This document shows, piece after piece, positions 29,824-41,930 of a stretch of DNA of 64,000 nucleotides. The DNA lies in NCBI RefSeq assembly GCF_009914755.1, contig NC_060933.1, one strand, 5' to 3'. The notes beneath the pieces were generated by a model that did not search any database, was not told the DNA's origin, and saw nothing but the letters and a program-made list of their open reading frames with translations. The stretch is from the human T2T-CHM13v2.0 reference genome, Homo sapiens. Numbering within the stretch: the stretch's first letter is position 1; each line of letters begins with the position of its first letter. A program made the translations under genes and the position numbers.

Positions 29824-30223
29824 AAGAGCTGGACATGACCTCCTAAATGAAATTAATGATCCAGTAGTGGGTTGCAACTTATATTTTGAGAAATACTGAT
29901 TAGTGTTATCACAATAATCATGAAAAGCAGTGAAAGCTAAAATAATTAAAGAAGTCACCACCAAGCCATGGTGCTGGGAGGTGAGAAAGAAGAGGGAGGA
30001 CAGCTGCTTTTCATCACATGCTCTTCACTCATTTAACTCGTTGTTATGTGAATTCATTGATTTGATAAAAATGAAAAGTACAACAAAAAAGCTAAGCAAG
30101 CAAGAAAGGCCTTTAATTCTTTTCCTGGTTCAAGTTGTTCCTGTTGTGGTTTCCACAGCCCTGATTCAGTTCCCTGGGATAAGAGCCTGCCCCTGGGTTG
30201 GAGACCCAGCACCTGACCCTCAC

Positions 30224-30361
30224 CTACTCCTGATCCCTTTCAGCAATGATGTATCTCTGTCATATCCAAACTCGCCTCCAGCTGGTTCAGGAACATTCAT
30301 GATGTCCGCATGGAAGCCAGCAGGACAACTTGGAGTGGGTTCTTCAGCTTGTCACCAAAGG
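30224..30361 (-). pseudogene. Duplicated DAPK1 exon (ROC region, two exons upstream of the 8892-9080 exon), frameshifted
   Basis: tgcccccag|CC TTT...AG|gtgagg; FGDKLKNPLQVVLLAS/(1-nt deletion)/ADIMNVPEPAGGEFGYDRDTSLLKGIRS versus DAPK1 FGGKLKNPLQVVLVATHADIMNVPRPAGGEFGYDKDTSLLKEIRN. Confidence 0.9.
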
Positions 30362-31518
30362 CTGGGGGCAGAGAATGAATTATTTCAGGAGGCGGATCCT
30401 GCTACCTGGCTGACTTTACTACCCAGGTGAGGAGGGCCTGCTGGCCTCATGCCCAGGCCATCTCTCCAGTTGGAGGACAGGGCCACAAACACCTCCAGCA
30501 CGGCTCTGGGGAGGCCCAGCTCCAACATGACGCTGCAGTTCCTCACACTATGTTCTCACAGTCTGGGTATAGGTTTTTTATGCTTATGGAGGCTGCAGGC
30601 CAGAAAGAACTCAAGGGAGCCCTTGCACAGGGCATCGTGTACCTCCCAGCCTTGGCCTTCTCTCTCCAGCCTTTCCACTGCATTTTCCTTTTCTGCAACA
30701 CCCTGCAGCATTCCAGGAAGAAGGTATAAGAGGGGAGGATTCCTCCTGATGCCAGTATTTGATCTGTGCTATGCTTGGAACTGTGTGAGTCCAAGCTTTG
30801 TTTTTAAGGGCAGAGCCTGAGTAGAACATGAGGCAATTCTGCAACAGGCACAGTGACGATGATGGACCATTGTGTCTGTGGCTGTGATTTCAGTGGAGCC
30901 CTTCTTTTGCTATTGCTGGGGCAGTTTGCCATTGCTGGAAAACAAGGGGTGCACACAGGGTCACCAGCCAGCCTAGACCACAGTTGAAAGCCACCAAAGC
31001 CACTGTGTCAGCCATAGGCCAAGGACTGATGCAAAACCCTTCCTCCTCCTAGACCTTGATGGGAGACAGTGTAGAAGCCAAGACATCCTGGAGAGACAGG
31101 TGCCAGCATCTGGGCTCCACCTGCAAGCTTAGAGCCAGGTGCAAAGATGGGAATCTGCTGTAGTTGGGAGAGAGAGGAGAGTCAGGACCTCACCTTTTGA
31201 GAAAGCTCCTCAGCAGCCCACACTTGAGAGAGTCCATAAGGCTGCTTTTCTTGGAACCTGAGTGGCCAAAAAGCCTGAGCTTGATTCTTGGGAGCAGGTT
31301 CTGCGTGGGTCAGGGCTATTAGATGAAGAGTCCTCAATGCATATCCTGAGCATGGATGAGAAAAAGCCAGTTAGTGACAACAACAACAACAACAAAAAGT
31401 TTCAAATGACTATTCTCATGGTCCGTAACCCCTGGTCTGCAATTATTACTAATGTTGTAGATATGTTTATTTCTGTCTCTAATAAATTGTTTTAAAACTT
31501 CAGATAAAATTGATATAA

Positions 31519-32815
31519 CAAGAAGTCCAAGCCAGAATGATCAGGCAAGAGAAAGAAATAATAGGCATCCAAATAAGAAAAGAAGAAGTCAAACTATATG
31601 ATTCTACACCTAGAAAATCCTAAGGACTCCACCAAAAGAATCCCGAACTAATAAATGCTTTTGATATAGTTTAAGGATATAATACAAATGTACAAAATAA
31701 GTAGCATTTCTATTTAACAATAACAAGCTGAAAACCCAATAAAGCAAGCAATCCCATTTACAATAGTCAAAAACAAATAAATAAATATGTAAGAATACAT
31801 CTAACCATGAAGGTAAAAGATCTCTACAAGAACTACAAAACACTGCTGAAAGAAATCAGAGATGACACAAACAAATGGAAAAACTTTCCATGCTCATTAA
31901 TTTGAAGAATCAATATTGATAAAATGGCCATACTGCCCAAAGCAATCTATGGATTCAATACTATTCCTATCAAGCTATCAACAACATTTTTCACAGAACT
32001 AGGAAAAACTATTCTAAAATTTATATGGAACTAATAAAGGGCCCGAATAGCTAAAGCAATCCTGAGCAAAGAGAACAAAGCCAGGGGCATCATGCTACCA
32101 GACTTCACATTATACTATAAGGCTACAGTAACCGAAACAGCATGGTACTGGCACAAAAACAGACATGCAGACCAATGGAACAGAATAGAGAAACCAACAA
32201 TAAAGCTGAACACCTACAGTCATATGATCTTCAACAAAGTTGACAAAAATAAGCAAAGAGGAAAGGACTCCCTAGTCAATAAATGTTCCTGAGATATCTG
32301 GCTAGCCATATACTGAAGACTGAAACTGGACCCCTACCTTTCACCATATACAAAAAGTAACCACTATGGATTAAAGATTCACATGTAAGACCTCAGAATA
32401 TAAGAATCCTAGAAGAAAACCTAGAAAACAACGTTCTGGACATCAGCACTGGCAAAGAATTTACGACTATATCCTCAAAAGCAATTGCAACAAATGCAAA
32501 AATTGACAAGTGGGACCTAATTAAACAAAAGTGCTTATGCACAGTAAAAGAACTATCAACAGAGCAAACAGACAACCTACAGAATGGGAGAAAATATTTG
32601 CAAACTAAGCATCTGACAAAGCCCTAATATCCAGAATCTATAAGGAATGTAAACAATTGAACAAGACAAAATTAAAAACCAAATAGCCTCATCAAGAAAT
32701 GGGCAAAAGACATTAACAGACACTTCTCAAAAGAAGACATGCAAGTGGCCAGCAAAAATGAAAAAATTACTAACCACCAGAGTAATGCAACATTACTAAT
32801 CATTAGAGAAATGCA
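31519..32815 (+). mobile_element. Primate L1 ORF2 fragment
   Basis: Translates to [32 protein letters not shown], the L1 ORF2 C-terminal region. Confidence 0.95.
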
Positions 32816-33829
32816 ATTTTTCACACCTTTTCACTTTCAGAACCCAGTACAGCTATTGAAGCTTTACAGCTCATGGGGCCTCTCTATGACTGGGAACTCT
32901 TAAGAGTTTTAACTCTCAGCCTTGCTCACACTGGGCCTCAAGCAATTTGTCAGTTGCACTTTGCTTTCCCCACCCAGTTGCTTATTCCTGTGGAGGTCTC
33001 TACCTGTGGGTTTCTGAGGCTGTAACTTGTGATTTTTAGTATTACTCTGTCTCTCCAATTATGGGGTCGTGGTTTGCTCCATGACTTCACTTGCCTGAGG
33101 GATCTAAGAAGAATCGTTGATTTTTCACGCATGTTTTCCTTGTCCAGACACCCAAGAGTATGTCCTTCTCTTGGGCATAAGATCTGAAATTATATTTAGG
33201 TGTTAATGTGTGGTGAAGAGTGGATCCAGCTGGCATGCTCACAATGACCAAATTGTGTTGATCATATTTTAATCCAATACATTGCTCCACTATTAACTTG
33301 CAAATAAATGACACATTTGCTTTCTAGACATATTCCAGGAAGGCCAAAGAAACTGGCTTCTTATCAATATGGAATAAGTCCCCTGGTGAATTTCTTTTAG
33401 GATAGACCAAAGCTGATCTAGAACATAATCTTTACATACTTGGATCCTTCCCACTAGACAAGAAAGAACATCTGGGCTGAAAGGCTCCATTAGAAGAGCA
33501 ATGTGGGATGGTGCTATGCTGGCAACTGGTAGTCCCTGCCCTACATCTTTGTCGAGGACTGGAGCCCGGAGTGGGCCATGGTCAACTTACATGTTGAAGT
33601 GAAGACCTACTTCTAGGTGTGCATGTGCTTATTACAGATATGCCAGGTGCTAAGTACCGCAGGACTACAGTAAAAATAAGAATACATGCTGTATCCATGA
33701 TCAGGAGGCACACAAGCCAGAGCGCCAGCTGTGGAATCGCACAGCCCGGGTTCAAAGCCTGGTTGGGCCATGAACACCTGAATGACCTGCAGAAAGGTCT
33801 TAGGTACATTTGTGAAAAGAAGTGGAGAT

Positions 33830-34830
33830 CCCGCCTGCCAGGAAGGGATGTGGTAAGGGGCAGCATCCAGTCAGGTCAGGGCACCGCGTCCTCTCCTTGG
33901 AAACCTTCGTAGCGGGGCTGGTGGCCCCTAGTGGCCATGTAGAAGGTGGGCCTGGCTCCAGGCGGCATAGAGGCACTGGAGCAGCCGTGGGGTAGCCTGG
34001 TAGCATCCAGGTGGCCCCATGCTCGGCTTCCAGCAGGTTCTGGCCCTGTAACCCAGGGGACAGGGCCGGCCAATACAAGGCCACTGGGTGCCAAGGCAGC
34101 GCCCAGGCCAGGCGCCAGGCGGGAAGGGCTCTGACATGTCAGCCCGCATACCCCACAGCCCCACAGAGGGACCCATCCGAGGCCACACACCTGCCCCCAG
34201 CAGCAGGATGTCCCCAGGTGTTAGAGAGTCCTGCTGGGCCCGGCGGAGGCGGGCGTGGTGGGGGAGGGGCTCTCTCTTTTGCCCTTTTACCCCTCTGGTA
34301 GGCGCCCTAGGGCGGGGGTGCTGCCGCGCGCTTCGGCGCGCCTTGGTTCTGTCACCAGCCCCACTGGGGCCTCACAATCGCTCAGCCGTCCAGTGCGCGC
34401 CTGGAGAAAGAGAAGTGGGCGACTACGGAGCAGCGTCTCCATTACTGACCGTTTTCTCGCCATTGTACCCACACAACTTGCTCTAAATGGGCAATTTATT
34501 AAGTATATTTTGTCCCTGTTCCCGCCGCAGGCCCCTGCCGGACCGTCGCCCACAAGCTCCCATAGCCCGTGAGTCCTCTCAGCCTGGCCCGGCTCACCCT
34601 GTGGCGCCCACGTCTACCCCGGGCCCTTTCCGATTCCTCTTTAACCCTCAGCAGAGTCGCGGGCCTTCTCCAGTCAGCTTCTACAGCGCGCCTAGGAGAC
34701 CGTGTCCTCTCCCGCCAGACACGGGCGCCCCCCTGGGGGTCCTGCCTGCTGTGGGCTGCGGGCTCCCCTCAAGGAAGAAACCCGTGCTGTCTAGTGGCAA
34801 CTCCATGATGTTGGGACACCCCAGCTCGGT
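33830..34830. promoter_or_regulatory. CpG island with GC boxes overlapping the NPAP1-like start
   Basis: Dense unmutated CpGs (gccgcgcgcttcggcgcgcc); GC-box-like ggcgg motifs at ~34242-34255 and gggcgg at ~34310. Confidence 0.7.
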
Positions 34831-35450
34831 GAGGATCCCTCCTCCCAGCAGCAAGTTCACTCTCTAACTGCCTTCACCACGTGAGCAGGTGGCTGGGGCT
34901 AGGAAGCTGATTCCGATCCCAGCCAGGCCGCCGAATAAGACCAAGGTGAGGACCCAAGAAGAGCCCAGAGCAGTGATAGAGGAGGAGGGTCAGGTAGAGA
35001 CCCAGGAGCAGGAGGACAAGAAAAGCCCCCTCTCTCGGCAGGACATCCGCTTCCAGGGCCCTGGAGACCCAGGGAGACCTCAGTTCCTTCAGGTGCAGTC
35101 CGGGGCCCCTAGAGGGAAATGTTTATCCCAATTGCTTGACAGAAAATAACTTGACTGACAAGGCCCAGGTGTCTCCAGTGGGTTCCTGCTGGGAAGGCCA
35201 TGTTGTCCCCAGCTCACACAGCCCAGCTGGAGGGGTCCTTCCCCTTAAGAAGCCTGACCCATCTCCAACAGTGCTCCTTGATCCCGCCCGGGTCTGTTTC
35301 CTGCTGCCAGAGAAGGTGGCCCAGGAAGTGCAGGATAAAGACCACCTGCTCAGCTCCCCAGGCTTGCTGATGTTGGGGAAGAGCCTTCAGCTCTTGCATC
35401 AAGGAAATCTTTTCCACCCAGAGCTGCCAGCCACAGGTCCCGCAAATAAA
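34487..35450 (+). pseudogene. NPAP1 (POM121-family retrogene)-like pseudogene, N-terminal ~310 codons
   Basis: MGNLLSIFCPCSRRRPLP...APRRPCPLP..APLGVLPAVG.GL..RK.P.L...GHPSSVRIPPPS.KFTL matches recalled NPAP1 (MGNLLSKFRPGCRRRPLP...GHPSSVRIPPPSRMFTL). In-frame TAA at 34865-34867; after a frameshift near 35035 the match continues as SFRCSPGPLEGNVY...KAQVSP. Intronless. Confidence 0.88.
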
Positions 35451-36454
35451 TTGTCAGTTACAACTTCTGCCGCTGGCCTCTACCCTACAATTAATTGATA
35501 TGGGATAGAGCTGAGTTGCAGTTAGACCTTCCAGGAACAACGTTTACAGTCATATTTGATGAGTTCTGAGCAGAAGTTCTTATTCTGGATTTTGGGAATT
35601 CTCTGGGGGATTCTTGGGTAGACTTCAGGGCATCTGTAAACCCTCTAAACATGTAATGTGTATGTAACATGTATGTTTATCTGCATTTTTCTGGGAAGTG
35701 TGTTGATAAATTTCATTAGATTCCTTATGGGGTCTATGATCCCTAATCAGATGCTGAAGCTAAAAGTCAGACGCAGCCTGTGGCAAATAAAACACACAGA
35801 TGGCTCATGGTGAATGATGGGTGTGAGGCCAGAGGGGAAGGACAGTAAGAAACACCAGTCACATAATTTCGGCCTTCTCCTTCAAACCTACCACAGCCTG
35901 GAGGCTCACTCAAAGGAAACAGAGCTGGTTTCTCTTCCCCTGCCCACCACACAGACTTGCCAAGGAGCAGCAGTGCAGTAGCCAAACAGCAGGCATGAGA
36001 GGAGAGAGCTCCTCCTGCTCCCTGACTGGATGCACAGCCAGTGGACAAAGGAGAATTCCCTTGCCCTGAGGGCTCTTCTTGTTGCCTGGGTACATGAAGA
36101 TTTCTCTGTAGACCAAGATGTGGTGCATATCCACCACCATAGAGCTCACATACCTGACCCCATAGGGAGCACTGCTGTCCTACAAGGCAGAAAGAGAAGA
36201 GACAAAATTCAGTGGCCTTCATGATTAGTCAGTACCTGCTCTGGGGTCACACATCCAGTTGGGGTGACCTCTACATTCCTGACCCCCTATCCTCCACCCA
36301 CTAGTGTAGAAATTGAAAAGATTATACAATTGTGCATTTCATTCATTATGAGCCCCTCAAATGTCGACATGTGGTTGGACTTATTAAATGTAGGACTACT
36401 TAAAGTAAGAGACAATATCCTGTAGCAATCTTAAGAGAGCAGCTAAACAAATAA

Positions 36455-36470
36455 AGAGAAAGAAAGAAAA

Positions 36471-36526
<56 letters not shown>

Positions 36527-36635
36527 GGAAAGGAAAGGAAGAAAGAAAGGGAAAGGAAAGGAAGAAAGAGAAAGAAAGAAAAAGAAAAGAAAGAGAGAAA
36601 GAAAAGAAAGAAAGAAAGAGAAAGATAGAAAGAAA
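36455..36635. repeat. (GAAA)n purine-rich microsatellite
   Basis: Seen directly. Confidence 0.95.
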
Positions 36636-37292
36636 GTCTATATGAACAACTGTTGTTTGGTAGCTCCTTGAAGCTCCTGCTTGAATCACTATGGTTCACA
36701 ATAGTTTTAGCTTTCTGAGAAGCAGACTTCCTTAAATAATGACTACTCTTCTCTTACTGCATGCAGTGTTTATACGTGGCAAAATCTTAAACACCTTTAG
36801 CAATTATTTAAAGAAATAAAACAATTTATTTGTAAACTGCGATTTCACTACTCACACATGTAATAAAAAGGATGTTTGACCAGAGAGAAATATGTCAAAG
36901 GTCATGATGTTCCTTAGAGTAGGTATAAGAGGTAAGTCATGACAATATGATTACGTTGCTCCCTGAGGCAGGTTTGGTTTTCCCCATTCAGTGATCCATC
37001 TATGATTTCTTTCTCTAATCTGATAATTCTCTGACAGTGCACAGGGAGACAGCAAATTCCTTAGGGCAGCCATCAAGTGTTTTGTGTTCCAAAAATATTT
37101 GGGGTTAACTCAGCATGGTATCAGTCATGAGTAATGACAAACAAAGTAAGCTTCAAAACTAGTACTTTGGCAAAATAACCTTTCCAGGCTTTAAAGACCT
37201 GAACACAACTAGACTGAGTAATGGATCAAGAACGGAGTAAATGCCAGTAAGATCAAATGTGAACTGATGTCCTCTCAAGGTGTTTTGGTTAG

Positions 37293-37296
<4 letters not shown>

Positions 37297-37325
<29 letters not shown>
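37297..37325. repeat. (TG)n microsatellite
   Basis: Seen directly. Confidence 0.95.
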
Positions 37326-37328
<3 letters not shown>

Positions 37329-37714
37329 CAACAAATCATTAAAATAAGTTAAGATGGAAACCAAGCCTGGGAAATCTCTGAACAAAGCCAATGAGGCCTC
37401 CTAAGGGACCTCAACCTTCCTTGATTTATAGACATAAGTGAAACATAACTTGAAGTATTTCTTGTAAATGCCTACACAATACTACAGCACTTGGTCCCTG
37501 TAGGCTTATCGCACACTGAATTATTCTTTTTTTGTTGTAATGTCTTGCCACTCCAACCAGACTGCAGCTTCCTGGAGATGGGACCATGTTCCTTATTTGC
37601 CAGGTGTTGAGTAAATATCCTGCCTTTCCTCTTGTTATGATGGAAGTGGTGTCCGACTCCTACCTAAAGCCCATCCTCTTCTTGTCTTCTTGACCACGGG
37701 GTGGTCCATGAGAC

Positions 37715-39630
37715 AGGGCCAGTCCGACCTGAGCACCCCTCAGTCTCCTGGTCTCTCCTGGGGCCCCAGCCTGGCCATGCCTGCTTGCAATGCAGCCTTG
37801 GGTGCCCACAGAGGGTACCTCCTAGGGCCCCACATCATAGCTCCTGTGCTGGCAGACCATACCTGACCAGCAGAGAGCTCCAGCAGAGTAGCCCCACAGA
37901 CATACACCAACCTGCTAATGCCCTCCCCACATTGCAGTCTCCCCTGTGCTGCTTTGCCTGCACACACTTGCCCAAGCCACCCCCCATATGGCTTTGCCAG
38001 AGCATATGTGTATGGGTAGACCTTGCCCCCACTAATGCCCCACCCCTGTGCCAAGCTACCACCAGCCTGAAACTAGGCATGGAGAATAATGGACACACAT
38101 CCACCCTGAGTGGTCACTGCCACCCAGAGGAACACACACAGAGGACACACACACTCCTGCACCCACCAGCACCCCACCCACATGCTAACACCATCACCAG
38201 TGCAAACACATGTAAGACGCCAGCTGGGGTGCCCTTCCTCCTGACACCATGCTGCCTCTGCCACTGCTGTGAACACCTGCACAGAGGCCGGCAACCTAGC
38301 ACCCACTAGCACCCCACCACAGTGGACAAGCATGCACCCCGCCACAGCGCCACTGCCACTGCTGTGGCACATGCAAACGAGGACAGATTCCACTGCCACC
38401 ACCCTATGAAGCGCTTTGGCTGGCACCACCCATACAAGTGTTGTGACCAGCTATCTGGGAGAACCCCCATATCTCCAGCACAGTGGATTCCTAACCTCAA
38501 GGAGACAGGGAACAAAGTCAGCCCAGTAGAAGTCCAGAATTAGAGCATGCAGTCCAGAAGTTGGGAGCTGAGCTTTGACCCCCTAAAATCTTCCAGAAAC
38601 AAAGCCAGTCCACTGAACCCACCTTGTACCACAATCAAACCCTCAAGGTTATCAAATAGGATAAAAGAAAAAAAACCCATCCAAAGGACAGAACTTCAAA
38701 GACTGAAGGAACATCAGCCCACACAGATGAGAATGAATGCAAGAAAGTTGACAGCTCAGAAAGCCTGTGTGCCTTCTTTCCGCCAGATGACTGCATTACC
38801 TCTCCAGCAAGGGTTCTGAACTGGGCTGAGATGACTGAAATGACAGAAATAGAATTCAGAATACAAACAGGAAGGAAGATCATCGAGATTAAGGAGAATG
38901 TTGAAACCTAATCCAAGGATGCTAAGAATCACAACAAAACAATACAGGAGCTGACAGACTAAATAGCCAGTATGAAAAGGAATGTAATCAACCTGATAGA
39001 GCTGAAAAACACACTAATCGCAATCGCAAGTATTAATAGCACAATAGATGAAGCTGAGGAAAGAATCTTAGAGCTTGAAGACTGGCTTTCTGAAATAAGA
39101 GAGTCAGACAAGAATAAAGAAAAAAAGAATAAAAAGGAATGAAAAAAAAACCTCTGAGAAATAGAGATTATGTAAAAAGACCCAATCTATGACTCATTAA
39201 TGTCTCTGAAAGAGATGGAGAGAATGGTGGAAAACATATTTCAGGTTATCACCCATGAGAACTTCACCAACTGAGCTAGAGAGGCCAATAGAAAATTCAG
39301 GAAATGCAGGGAACCCTAGTAAGATACTTCACAAGAAGATCATCCACAAGACACATAATCATCAGATTCTCCAAGCTTGAAATGAAAGAAAAAATGTTAA
39401 AAGCAGCTAGAGAGAAGGGTCAAGTCACCTACAATGGGAAGCCCATCAAACTAACAATGGACCTCTCAGCAGAGGTCCATTTCCCATGAGTCACAGGGAA
39501 TGATCAACATTCTTAAAAGAAACTCCAACCAAGACTTTCATATCTAGCCAAACTAAACTTCATCGGCAAAGGAGAATAAGATCCTTTGCAGAAAAGCAAA
39601 TACTGAGGGAATTCATTACCACTATACCTG
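37715..39630 (+). mobile_element. Older primate L1 5' UTR plus ORF1 fragment, in FBP2P intron 5
   Basis: ORF1 remnant RSSTRHIIIRFSKLEMKEKMLKAAREKGQVTYNGKPIKLT.DLSAE, preceded by a C-rich 5' UTR. Confidence 0.88.
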
Positions 39631-41162
39631 TCATCTCTAGGAACTCTGATTTTATAGATCACATCTGGCATTGCACCAGGTGGAATTTGTGAAAAATGTA
39701 AGGAACTATTACTGCTAATTAGGCAAGCCTAATGCTCTAACAATTGTCAAAAACAAATATGAGAACACAAAATACCAAACCCCTGAAGCCGTGTTTTCTC
39801 ATTCGTTTCCTCCCTCCATTCCCCTTCCAGCAGATTCCTGAAAACAGCCTGATACATATTCCTCTTCCCTTCCAGATACAGAATTGTGTGTTCTTCATCT
39901 GGGCTTTTGTCCTGCCCATACCCAGCAGGCACACAGCCCATAAAGCAGGAAAAGGAACCAAGGTGAAGGAGGCAGAAACTCTGCAGCCAGCAAGGAGGAG
40001 GTGCTATCTCCCTGCAGGTTAGGCAGCCCTAAGCCCTGCAACCCTAGTGTGTGGGAGGTGAGGGTTCTTCCCCATTTGATTGTTTCCAAGCAGGGTCATG
40101 TCGTGGTTAACGGTATGGGTTGGCAGCCAGAATGCTTGGGTTTGAATCCTGGCTCAGCCACTTACCTTGGATAAGTAATTGAACCCCTCTGTGCCTTATC
40201 TTCCCCATCTGTACCTGCCTCCAAGAGTTGTTATGAGAATAAAGGAGTTAATACGTGTAAAACACTTAAAACAGGGCTTACCACATATTAATCACCCAGT
40301 AAATGTTAACTATTATTATTAAATCCAACTCATAGTTACAATGAAGATCATTATATTATACTGTCCTCTAGTTGCATCCCTTGAAACCACACTACAGGCA
40401 GGAAATTACCAAGTCTTCGGGTATTTTAGTTACCTAGCCCTTTATTGGATCCAAGATGAAACGTCTTGGCCTGACTTAACAGTGAAGACTAAGGTGAGGA
40501 TCCACAATTCTATTTTACCAGAAATCCTACTTCTAGGAATACCTTCTGAGGGAATTTTCAGATCAGCAAAGACGAGGTACAAAGGGGCTCACTGCAATAT
40601 TTTTTTATGGAGTGAAAAGCTGGACACAGACTAAGTGTAGAACAACCTGAGAATGATTAAATACGTTATGGTACAGCAATGTGCTTTTGAAGAATTTTTA
40701 ATAACTAGGAAATACTCATGAAGTAGATGTAAGTAGAAATGCAGGTTTAAAAACTGTATTTATAAGTGGATTACATTTGATAACTATGTAAGCACATTTG
40801 CAAGAAAACAAAACCTAGAGAGATGAATGATGATGTTCACAGTGGGGTTACTGAGAGTGAAGAAACTTACACATGGTTTTTGTTTACATTTTATTTTTTT
40901 TGGCACCTTCCATGTGTTACACATGAACAAACACAATTCTTATATTTGGAGAAAATGTTAAGTCATGAAACCAAAACATTTAAATACAGAAAGAATCTTT
41001 CAGAAGACACACAATGAACTACCAGGAACTAGAGATAGAACTTATATCCCTAAATTCCTAGTTTTTAAGCCCAGAATGACTCCACATAACAGACGGAGGT
41101 GTTGCTACTCTTCAACTTACCTTTGCTCTGGAAAGGAAACTGTGAGAAATCTCTCAGTTAAG

Positions 41163-41207
<45 letters not shown>

Positions 41208-41362
41208 GAAGGAGGATGGATAGATAGATAGATAGATAGATACATACATACATACATACATACATACATACATACATACATACATAGACAGGAGGGAGGG
41301 AGGCATGAAGGGATATAAGAATGGGTGGATGGATGGATGGATGGATGGATGGATGGATGGAT
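41163..41362. repeat. Compound STR (GATA)n-(CATA)n-(GGAT)n
   Basis: Seen directly. Confidence 0.95.
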
Positions 41363-41644
41363 AACTATAGATGGGCATAACTTGAGGGAGGAGAGCAAGA
41401 GCCTCTGAAGGTGCAGGATACAATTTGGCCTTGACTAATCACGGCCATTCATTTTCACAACACTGGGGAGATGTTGGCTCCTTGGCCCACATATGCTTGT
41501 TAAGAGAGTGTTCTGAGAAAGCCACAGTTTTAGCAGACAAAGCCCAGGAAAGTTTCACCAGAGAGTTCTCCACCACAGCAATGGTCTGCTCATTCCTCTC
41601 ATTAATTTAATAAACAAGGGAATTTTGCAAGAGTTTTAATGGAA

Positions 41645-41930
41645 TATAATTACAGCCCTGATTTGGCTCCTTCTGGCTTCTTTTTGTTTTCTAATATTAA
41701 AAAACCTTTAAAGGGCATCCATTTTTCTTGAGCAAATAACATAAAAAAGACTGCCTTGGCAGGGTTAAATTCCCAGGACCTTGGGTTTAGGGTTGGACTA
41801 AGTGGCTGGTATAAACCCTTACAAAAGTGTCTTGAGCTCAATGGAGCTTATGTTGAGAAATAAATTTTGTATTTTTTATTGTTATATTTTAATTTCATTT
41901 TTTTCCATGAACTTTTTGAAGTTCTCTTGT
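41645..41930 (+). mobile_element. HSMAR2-like mariner 3' fragment
   Basis: tac agc cct gat ttg gct cct tct = YSPDLAPS mariner motif; ends in TIR-like catgaactttttgaagttctcttgt. Confidence 0.85.

Noticed and set aside
31262-31495. ORF ending ...ISVSNKLF, resembling DAPK1 HISNKLF
   Set aside because: It is on the opposite strand to the other DAPK1 exons and the similarity covers only about 5 residues.
37701-38309. 202-aa plus-strand ORF
   Set aside because: It lies in the C-rich 5' UTR of an old L1.
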